From Pseudomonadota bacterium (GTDB lineage Bacteria > Desulfobacterota > Desulfobacteria > Desulfobacterales > JAFDDL01), in assembly GCA_043797445.1 (NCBI GenBank), contig JAZDPP010000092.1, positions 1-32,000 of the forward strand: 32,000 nucleotides of DNA, read 5' to 3'. The translations under genes and the position numbers were made by a program. Shown one piece after another: positions 17,323 to 24,032 of this stretch (positions are counted from its first letter, which is position 1; each line of letters starts with the position of its first letter). The notes below the pieces were generated by a model. It saw nothing but the letters and a program-made list of their open reading frames with translations. It ran no database searches and was not told the origin of the DNA.

Positions 17323-17904
17323 ATGCCCAAACGAATCGTCGTCGGACTCTCAGGGGCCAGCGGGATTATCTATGGCGTCCGCATTCTGGAGCTTCTCAGG
17401 GATTCAGATATCGAAACGCATTTGATTATCTCAAACTCCGGGAAGGTAAATATCCGTATCGAGACTGATTTTACGCCGGAAGAAGTTGCCGCCATGGCAA
17501 ATTATACCTACGATGACAATGACATGGCGGCGGCTGTCTCCAGCGGTTCATTTTTAACCGAGGGAATGATCGTCGCCCCCTGCACCATCAAATCGCTTTC
17601 CGGAATTGCCAATTCCTATACCACCAACCTGCTGGTGAGGGCCGCGGATGTAACGCTTAAGGAAAAACGGAAGCTGGTTCTGGTTGTCAGGGAAACGCCG
17701 CTCCACAAGGGGCATTTGAGGCTGATGACCATGGCGGCGGACATGGGGGCACATATTCTGCCCCCGGTCCCCTCCTTTTATCACAAGCCGAAAACCATTC
17801 AGGACATCATCGATCAGACCATCGGAAAGGTCTTCGATTATATGGGAATCCAGCATGCGTTATTTGCACGATGGGGCAAAGAAGAACGCGACGAGGTTTT
17901 ATGA
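17323..17904 (+). CDS. ubiX: UbiX/Pad1-family flavin prenyltransferase
   Basis: 193 aa: RIVVGLSGASGIIYGVRILELL, IVAPCTIKSLSGIANSYTTNLLVRAADVTLKEKRKLVLVVRETPLHKGHLRLM...GAHILPPVPSFYHKPKTI. Confidence 0.96.
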   Translation: MPKRIVVGLSGASGIIYGVRILELLRDSDIETHLIISNSGKVNIRIETDFTPEEVAAMANYTYDDNDMAAAVSSGSFLTEGMIVAPCTIKSLSGIANSYTTNLLVRAADVTLKEKRKLVLVVRETPLHKGHLRLMTMAADMGAHILPPVPSFYHKPKTIQDIIDQTIGKVFDYMGIQHALFARWGKEERDEVL

Positions 17905-18039
17905 CCCATGAGAGCGCAGAAAAAAAATTGGGTTCGGGCTGAATTCGAAGAGCGTCAACAGGTAGATCTTTATGGGGATGGGGAACCGTAACTTTGCCGG
18001 GCATTTCCGATTGCTTGAATTTCGGTTCCGGTCATTCAT

Positions 18040-19179
18040 TCATCTTTTCATATTCTTCTTTACTGTCTTAATGAAGCGTCCGAATGCCCTGTCCTTTTTA
18101 CGTTTGTCCAAGTACGACATCTCATAGTGCTCTGACTCTTTCCTGAGTTTCAAATAACTATTATAGCGCTCCTCACTCAACTCGCCGTTTGTAATAGCAG
18201 TAAGAACTGCGCAGTCTGATTCTTGAGTATGGCTGCAATCGACATAGCGACAAGCCATGGAAAGCTCGATAATATCTTCAAACCCTTTGCTTACCCCTTC
18301 CCTGGCGCCCAGAAGGCCTAATTCTCTCATTCCAGGTGTATCAATGAACATAACGCCGTTATCAAGAACAATGAGTTGCCGACGCGCTGTTGTGTGTGTG
18401 CCTTCTCCTGTTCCACTAACCGCTTTGGTATCAAGATCATCCTGTCCAATCAGATGATTGATCAGTGTCGTCTTGCCGACTCCGGATGACCCAAGCAGGC
18501 AATATGTTTGACCCGGTATTAATACCGGATGAAATTCGTCAAATCCGGAGCCAGTTATGTTACTGAGCGCAATAACCCTGGTCGTGATGCCAGCCTGTCT
18601 AATAATCGCAAGCTTCTGTTGCAGCTCATCGTGGGAGATCAAGTCCGTTTTGGCAAGAATGATAATCGGCTCAACATGTCCGTCAGCCGCCATTACTAAA
18701 TACCGATTCAGTCTAGGTAGATTAAAGTCGAAGTGACATGACTGGACAATGAAAGCGATATCAATGTTGGCTGCAATCATCTGGTAGTCCACTTCTATGC
18801 CAGCACGCTTGCGGCGTAAAAACGTCTTTCGTGGAAAGACCCCATGGATGAGTGCCGAAGCGCCATCATTGTGATACTGCACGGTGACCCAATCGCCGAC
18901 GCATGGCAGCTCGACCGATGACTCGACATGGAAATAGAATTTTCCCGCAAGTTCAGCAGGAATCTCTCTGAGTTCATTCCTGATAATGTAGGAATTGCGA
19001 TCAACTGCCGACACGCGTGCAATGCCTTGATTCTCGTGGCGGATGTCATCGACATGTGCGTCAAACCAGTGGTCAAACCCTATATCACTCAATTTCATCA
19101 TAAGAGGTAAGCGCATCGATCTCGGATTGATATTCTCTATTTTGTGAACGAAGAGCATAAGACCATATTGGCGTATCAA
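18040..19179 (-). CDS. rsgA: Ribosome small-subunit-dependent GTPase RsgA
   Basis: Contains GDWVTV, ILAKTDLI, GSSGVGKTTLINHLIG, GEGTHTTARRQLI, DTPGMRELGL and the C-terminal zinc motif CRYVDCSHTQESDCAV. The true start may be ATG at 19098. Confidence 0.95.
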   Translation of the reverse strand: MIRQYGLMLFVHKIENINPRSMRLPLMMKLSDIGFDHWFDAHVDDIRHENQGIARVSAVDRNSYIIRNELREIPAELAGKFYFHVESSVELPCVGDWVTVQYHNDGASALIHGVFPRKTFLRRKRAGIEVDYQMIAANIDIAFIVQSCHFDFNLPRLNRYLVMAADGHVEPIIILAKTDLISHDELQQKLAIIRQAGITTRVIALSNITGSGFDEFHPVLIPGQTYCLLGSSGVGKTTLINHLIGQDDLDTKAVSGTGEGTHTTARRQLIVLDNGVMFIDTPGMRELGLLGAREGVSKGFEDIIELSMACRYVDCSHTQESDCAVLTAITNGELSEERYNSYLKLRKESEHYEMSYLDKRKKDRAFGRFIKTVKKNMKR

Positions 19180-19316
19180 CCAGGACTTTCAACGATTTCT
19201 TCCCCTTTTATAATCATAATAATTGATCATCGATCGCTAAATTGGTGGCCATTTTGCACTTCCTTTTTTACACACCATATTGCACATTGAATTGTGTGTC
19301 AAATAAGTGCGGCGAG

Positions 19317-19373
19317 GCTAACGTTGGAATTCTGCGGCTGTCGTAGGCGGTCCGCTTGAACGCCGGGTAGCCG
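19317..19373 (-). repeat. 57-bp imperfect hairpin, degenerate attC-like (hypothesis)
   Basis: The plus strand begins GGCTAACGTTGG and ends GAACGCCGGGTAGCC (outer arms GGCTA/TAGCC, inner GCGG/CCGC). Lies 8 bp beyond the stop codon of the upstream toxin gene. Confidence 0.3.
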
Positions 19374-19381
19374 CGGCTCTT

Positions 19382-19693
19382 TTAAATGTCGAGTGCAAAG
19401 CGAATTGCCCGTGCAACGTCAAACTTCTTTGTCCGGGGCAAGGATGTGATCAACGGTCCGATTTTGCTCTTGGAAACAGTCTGCAAATGGTCACAATTGA
19501 CAGCACAGTCCTGAGGCATACCATCAGCCGTCGAGAGGAACACCTCGGACGGTATATTACGTACGGTAGTCGTAATGGGTGCGATGGTAACCTCCCCCAG
19601 ATATTCCAACACGGAATCCCGTGTCAGGATAAGGACAGGCCGTTGTTTATCTGGCAACAAAAATTTATACCAGCGTATTTCGCCATGCTTCAT
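19382..19693 (-). CDS. mazF: MazF/PemK-like type II toxin
   Basis: 103 aa: GEIRWYKFLLPDKQRPVLILTRDSVLEYLGEVTIAPITTTVRNIPSEVFLS...GMPQDCAVNCDHLQTVSKSKIG. Confidence 0.93.
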   Translation of the reverse strand: MKHGEIRWYKFLLPDKQRPVLILTRDSVLEYLGEVTIAPITTTVRNIPSEVFLSTADGMPQDCAVNCDHLQTVSKSKIGPLITSLPRTKKFDVARAIRFALDI

Positions 19694-19923
19694 TCGTCAC
19701 CCCACGCCTGCTCAATTTCCCAAACCGAAAACTCATCAGTTGCCACCGGGTTTTGTTCGTACCCCATACGGTGCTTGCGTTCTTGTTGCTCAAGTTTATA
19801 ACGAACAAGGGCGTCTTGCAGCGCCTTTCTTGTGAATGCGGAACGGCTTGTATGGAGTTCCTTTGAAACACGATCGACCGCGTTCACAAGATTATCATCC
19901 AGGGTCATCTGAATGGTTCTCAT
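19690..19923 (-). CDS. Ribbon-helix-helix antitoxin paired with the downstream MazF-like toxin
   Basis: 77 aa: MRTIQMTLDDNLVNAVDRVSKELHTSRSAFTRKALQDAL; 4-bp overlap with the toxin gene. Confidence 0.9.
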   Translation of the reverse strand: MRTIQMTLDDNLVNAVDRVSKELHTSRSAFTRKALQDALVRYKLEQQERKHRMGYEQNPVATDEFSVWEIEQAWGDE

Positions 19924-20523
19924 CTCGCACCTCCATAATATGGATTTTGATAGCTATGATATTCCACATTGAAAGGCCTGTCAAATGAATTGGGTGCGGC
20001 TCTTTTACGGTGCCCCAGGTTAAGAGGTCAGAGAGACCAAGACAGGCTCACAGTCCCGAAATCAGGGTTCTCTCGCTCGGATTCGAATGTTTTTGTAAAG
20101 TAGGTCAAAGCATAGCTCAAAGTGAAACGACCATGTCGCACGCAGAAGCCGAGCGAGGCCATACCGATGAAAGGGTTGATTGTCTCTGCGGTCATGCAAT
20201 TTTGCAATTCCATCATCATCAAACTGGTATTCTGGTACATCCATGAGCACCTCCCATCTATTTGGGTTATAGGTTACATCATGAGTGTATCAACAGTTCT
20301 AACGTTTGTCTATCGCATTGATTTAATATCGCATATTTACAGTCGAGCAAAATGTGTGCCAGAAAAAACCTAAGTTGGACCACTATATCGGGAAAGATAT
20401 TGCCGGCCAGAAACATATTCAGGAGATAATGAAAACCCATCGGCCCGTTGTCAGCGATGTCTTTACGGCGGTTCAGGGAAATACGGCGGTAGCACTGCAT
20501 GTGCCGGTGTTTAAGGGAAACGG

Positions 20524-20880
20524 CTACTGCGCGTCGAAAACAATTTTTAAAGCTTCGTCAATTTTTGCCATGATCTCGTCTTCCAGTTCACCTCGCACTT
20601 TGACTAAACGAGCGCGGTGATCAATAGGACGAGTCTGCAGGCAATCCGCCACCATTTTTTTGGTTAACCCGTTATGCGACGATGGGACAATTTCCGCATT
20701 AGTGATGATGCTGGCTTTTTTTTCACTCCATGTCGTTAACGGTACCACTTGGATGACTGGAACACGCGCATTATACGTGTTGTTCGTAACTATCACGCAG
20801 GGTCGAATTTTCCCGGTTTCCGAACCCTTGGCAGGGTCAAGATTCACGTCGATGACCATCCCCCGGCTCAGCTTGCTCAT
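20524..20880 (-). CDS. mazF: MazF/PemK-like type II toxin
   Basis: MSKLSRGMVIDVNLDPAKGSETGKIRPCVIVTNNTYNARVPVIQVVPLTTW...NGLTKKMVADCLQTRPIDHRARL; the MSKL start at 20880 overlaps the antitoxin stop. Confidence 0.93.
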   Translation of the reverse strand: MSKLSRGMVIDVNLDPAKGSETGKIRPCVIVTNNTYNARVPVIQVVPLTTWSEKKASIITNAEIVPSSHNGLTKKMVADCLQTRPIDHRARLVKVRGELEDEIMAKIDEALKIVFDAQ

Positions 20881-21110
20881 GTTGGCCACTCTGACAGCGC
20901 CGCATCCGTCCATTCTCTCGTTTCATCATCTTCTTCATAAACATCGGCGTACAAAGCAGCCGATTCGCGCAAGCGCTGCTGGGTTAATTCTGTAAACAAG
21001 CGATCGATGGCGGTACGCACCACGTCACTTTTATCCTTAAATCCATACCGATTGCATTGTTCAATAAATTGAATATGCGATTCTTTGAGGCTAAATTTGG
21101 CTTGAATCAT
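20877..21110 (-). CDS. Antitoxin-like (RHH/CopG-type) protein paired with MazF-like toxin
   Basis: 77 aa: MIQAKFSLKESHIQFIEQCNRYGFKDKSDVVRTAIDRLFTELTQQ; immediately upstream of and overlapping the toxin gene. Confidence 0.88.
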   Translation of the reverse strand: MIQAKFSLKESHIQFIEQCNRYGFKDKSDVVRTAIDRLFTELTQQRLRESAALYADVYEEDDETREWTDAALSEWPT

Positions 21111-21204
21111 GAGGACCTCCTTAAATAGTCTAATATGAATACCCTAAATATTGCCCTAAGTATAGGTCCTAAACGATGGGGAGTCAAACCATTTTCTAAG
21201 GGCA

Positions 21205-21264
21205 GGCCCAACGTGGAGCGCAACCGGCGCTGTCAGGCGTCTGGTTCGCGCCGTGGTTGGGGCC
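21205..21264 (-). repeat. 60-bp imperfect hairpin, attC-like (hypothesis)
   Basis: Plus strand GGCCCAACGTGGAGCGCAACCGGCGC...GCGCCGTGGTTGGGGCC. Minus strand ends GTTGGGC, matching the GTTRRRY R' consensus, while the opposite R'' box deviates by one base. Overlaps the 3' end of the acyl-CoA dehydrogenase gene. Confidence 0.25.
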
Positions 21265-22438
21265 GATGCTGCACACCCTTGAGCATTTGCTTTGCAATGA
21301 CGAGTTTTTGGATTTCGCTCGTGCCGTCAAAAATGCGGAATGCTCTGACATGCCGGTAGAGGCGCTCGACAGTGGCACCATCGGCCACGCCTACCCCACC
21401 GAATATTTGCAGCGCTTGATCCACTACCTCCTGGGCGATCTCTGTAGAGTAGAGCTTCGCGATCGAGGCCTCGCGGCCGATTGAAGATGAACCTACGTCA
21501 TGGGCCCAGGCTGCGCGACAGACCAAAAGCGCCGCGGCGTCCGTCTTCACCGCCATGTCCGCAAGTTTTTCCTGGATTAGCTGGTGTTCGCAGATCGGCT
21601 TCCCAAAAGCTCTCCGTTCGGTGCTTCGTTTCAGCGCTTCGTCCATGGCGCGACGCGCGAGACCCAGGCTTGCCGCTCCGACAGTAGGGCGAAACATCTC
21701 GAGAGCCCGCATGGCGATTTCGAAGCCCTGGCCCAGTCGTCCGAGCAGGGCCGTGGATTCGACGAAGCAACCATCGAAACGAAGAGTTCCGAGAGTGTGA
21801 GGCGTCAACACACGGAGCCGATTTTCCAGTGTCACGCCGGCATTAACCCCGCTGACCAGAAAGGCGGATATCCCCTGGACGCCTCCTTCCCCTTCCGTTC
21901 GCGCGAAAACGACGTACAGGTCCGCCACCCCCGAATTCGATATCCAGGTCTTGCACCCGTCTATCACGAAGCCGGAGCCGGACGGCGTGGCGGTAGTCGC
22001 AATCGATGCGACGTCGGACCCGGCCTCTGGCTCGGACAGAGCAAAGGCGGGCAAGGATTCCGCCCCGGAGTATGGCTCTATGAACCTTCGCTTCTGCTCC
22101 GGAGTGCCGTAGAGTGCGATCGGCAATGCTGCCAGCCATGGCTCGGAAAACGCGACATCCGCGACAGCAGAGCTGAAAGCGAGAATCTCGCGCATCAAAC
22201 ATACGCGACGAAGATCGATTTGCCGGTTAGATCCTCCCTGGTCCTGAACAACCGTGGGACCAAGCCACCCGTCGGTGGCGAGGAGTCGAAAGATCTCCTT
22301 TGCAGCGTGCCCATCCCCGCCCTCGTCCGATTCAAAATCGCGTAGATGTGATGCAACCCATGACCGGAAGGCCACGGCAAACTGACGATGCCGTAGTTCG
22401 AAGAACGGCCATTCAGTTGGAGTTATCGTCGGCATCAT
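21233..22438 (-). CDS. Acyl-CoA dehydrogenase family protein
   Basis: 401 aa: AFALSEPEAGSDVASIATTATPSGSGFVIDGCKTWISNSGVADLYVVFART...LGLARRAMDEALKRSTERRAFGKPICEHQLIQEKLADMA...QIFGGVGVADGATVERLYRHVRAFRIFDGTSEIQKLVIAK. Confidence 0.96.
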   Translation of the reverse strand: MMPTITPTEWPFFELRHRQFAVAFRSWVASHLRDFESDEGGDGHAAKEIFRLLATDGWLGPTVVQDQGGSNRQIDLRRVCLMREILAFSSAVADVAFSEPWLAALPIALYGTPEQKRRFIEPYSGAESLPAFALSEPEAGSDVASIATTATPSGSGFVIDGCKTWISNSGVADLYVVFARTEGEGGVQGISAFLVSGVNAGVTLENRLRVLTPHTLGTLRFDGCFVESTALLGRLGQGFEIAMRALEMFRPTVGAASLGLARRAMDEALKRSTERRAFGKPICEHQLIQEKLADMAVKTDAAALLVCRAAWAHDVGSSSIGREASIAKLYSTEIAQEVVDQALQIFGGVGVADGATVERLYRHVRAFRIFDGTSEIQKLVIAKQMLKGVQHRPQPRREPDA

Positions 22439-22454
22439 GTTCTGCTCCCGGTTC

Positions 22455-22895
22455 TCACGAACCTTGTATGCTCTCTCGCGGCACGACGTCGACTTTGACC
22501 TTCACCTCGCCATAACCGAGACATTCGACGCCTATGTCCGGGCAACGCACATAGCGCATAAAATGGAAGGTGTTCGGCTCCAACCCCTCGCTCAGCCTCT
22601 CATTGATGAGAGCAACAGGAATGGCAAGCTGAGAAAGGAGGTAAACGCACATCCGGGAAGGGCACAACTTCGAGATGAAGCTGCCATCCACGTCGAGAAT
22701 AAGACGTTGCCCCACCTTGTGGCCCGAGTTGCAGTGACGCGCTTCGACGACCTCGGCAACGATGGAGTACAAGGGCGCTGCTTCAGACAGTCGGTCGATC
22801 TGTCGGATTCGGTAGCCCGACTCACGAAATGACTCCATTTCGGTTTCGGTGTAGCCAACTCGCTTCGCATATCTCTTCAACTTCTCTTCTATCAT
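22455..22895 (-). CDS. TIGR04076-like uncharacterised protein
   Basis: 146 aa: YSIVAEVVEARHCNSGHKVGQRLILDVDGSFISKLCPSRMCVYLLSQLAIPVALINERLSEGLEPNTFHFMRYVRCPDIGVECLGYGEVKVKVDVV; general family pattern with conserved Cys positions. Same strand as, and 16 bp from, the acyl-CoA dehydrogenase. Confidence 0.55.
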   Translation of the reverse strand: MIEEKLKRYAKRVGYTETEMESFRESGYRIRQIDRLSEAAPLYSIVAEVVEARHCNSGHKVGQRLILDVDGSFISKLCPSRMCVYLLSQLAIPVALINERLSEGLEPNTFHFMRYVRCPDIGVECLGYGEVKVKVDVVPRESIQGS

Positions 22896-22943
22896 CCCTG
22901 ATCACCCCGTCTTGTGATTTCCACGGCTCGGTAGCCTCTGGGA

Positions 22944-23009
22944 ACCGCCTAGTGCGGACCCGCATGATAGGTGGTGTGGGGAGGGGGAGAGAAAGACTCC
23001 CCCTTACCC
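22944..23009 (+). ncRNA. Compact two-hairpin structured element resembling the 3' end (D5/D6-like) of group II intron-type retroelements; hypothesis only
   Basis: Hairpin 1 (22944-22975): ACCGCCTA/TAGGTGGT (with one G.U) plus TGCG/CGCA separated by an asymmetric internal loop. Hairpin 2 (22979-23009): GGG-A-GGGGGAG/CTCCCCC-TTA-CCC. Confidence 0.3.
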
Positions 23010-23019
23010 GATTGGCCTT

Positions 23020-23403
23020 TTACTTAAGGTAGGCTGGTTTAAGGTTCTTTAACATGGGATAATGTTTGGTGTTGAGAGTTTTTAACTCTGCATTTTCGGC
23101 TTCCGCAGTGGCAGCCAAAATAGCATCCGCAAGACCAACGCCATGTGACTTACCATAATCTCGTTTATAAAGACCTCCGGCCTTCCCAATATCGGCGTTT
23201 ACTGGGACAACGCGGAAGAGGGAGACAAACTCCTGAAGAGTTGCTTGCTCCGAATCTCCTTTTACTCCGGCATACAATTCTGCAACAACTATCGATGAAA
23301 GGATGATGCGAGCATTGTATGTGTCGATAAAAACCTCCGCCTTCACATGGCCCCGAAAAAAATCAATTAGAACATCTGTGTCTAAAAGGATGGGCCTCGC
23401 CAT
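23020..23403 (-). CDS. vapC: PIN-domain ribonuclease toxin (VapC-like)
   Basis: 127 aa: ILLDTDVLIDFFRG, SSIVVAELYAGV, GLADAILAATAEAENAELKTLNTKHYPML; conserved acidic PIN residues. Confidence 0.95.
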   Translation of the reverse strand: MARPILLDTDVLIDFFRGHVKAEVFIDTYNARIILSSIVVAELYAGVKGDSEQATLQEFVSLFRVVPVNADIGKAGGLYKRDYGKSHGVGLADAILAATAEAENAELKTLNTKHYPMLKNLKPAYLK

Positions 23404-23405
23404 GA

Positions 23406-23648
23406 TTAGCTCCTATCCCATTCGGCCCGAATTGAATTAAAATCAGGAAGATCCGTACGATCTTTCCAGATTCCAGCAGCTTTGCGCAACACAAATTCCC
23501 TGTGTCCGCGTCCGGCTTGATCAATGAGCCGATCAATGGCATCTCGAATGAGTTCACTTTGTTTCTTGCCGACGGTCTTGGCGATAGTAGCCAATTCTTC
23601 CCGTTGATTTTCTGTCAAATATATTTGCGTTCGTACCATGGCGCACCT
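23406..23648 (-). CDS. Ribbon-helix-helix antitoxin (VapB-like)
   Basis: MVRTQIYLTENQREELATIAKTVGKKQSELIRDAIDRLIDQAG; immediately upstream of the PIN-domain gene. The ORF opens upstream to 23663 but the family pattern starts at MVRTQIYL. Confidence 0.88.
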   Translation of the reverse strand, partial: RCAMVRTQIYLTENQREELATIAKTVGKKQSELIRDAIDRLIDQAGRGHREFVLRKAAGIWKDRTDLPDFNSIRAEWDRS

Positions 23649-24032
23649 CATAGCTGTATACACCAGTGTTATACATCATTTTTAACCCATGTCAAGGCCA
23701 ACGTTTAGAGTTCTATCCATTGTGCCGCTCGGAATAGAAAGCAGGAAACGCTCAAGTTCCAACAAAAGAACCAGATAACCACGAACGATGGAGCATATAA
23801 AAGCGGGATTATGTGGATAAAACACTGTTGGACTGAGCCGTTTATTGAAGCTGGCGATTTCGTAACATTATCTATGAAAATTCTCTGGCGCAACCGGCAA
23901 ACGATTTCGCTCGAGCCGGCCAATCGTGCTTATGCCGCCATGATATTCAAGGGGGCGGAGTGCCGGAAAGTCCGGGTGCTCGGAAAATGCGTGGGGATTA
24001 TTCGCAAGAGTTATGGACGATAGTGCCATAAC

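Noticed and set aside
17901-17945. ATG overlapping the ubiX stop, opening a 13-aa ORF
   Set aside because: Stops almost immediately and no convincing continuation was found in other frames. It could be a remnant of a further operon gene but cannot be supported.
20028-20500. Several 62-83 aa ORFs between the two MazF-type modules (e.g. 20028-20240 minus, 20122-20373 plus, 20279-20500 minus)
   Set aside because: Overlapping small ORFs on both strands with no family resemblance or clear RBS; left unannotated.
21584-22345. 253-aa plus-strand ORF
   Set aside because: Antisense to the acyl-CoA dehydrogenase gene, no recognisable domain.
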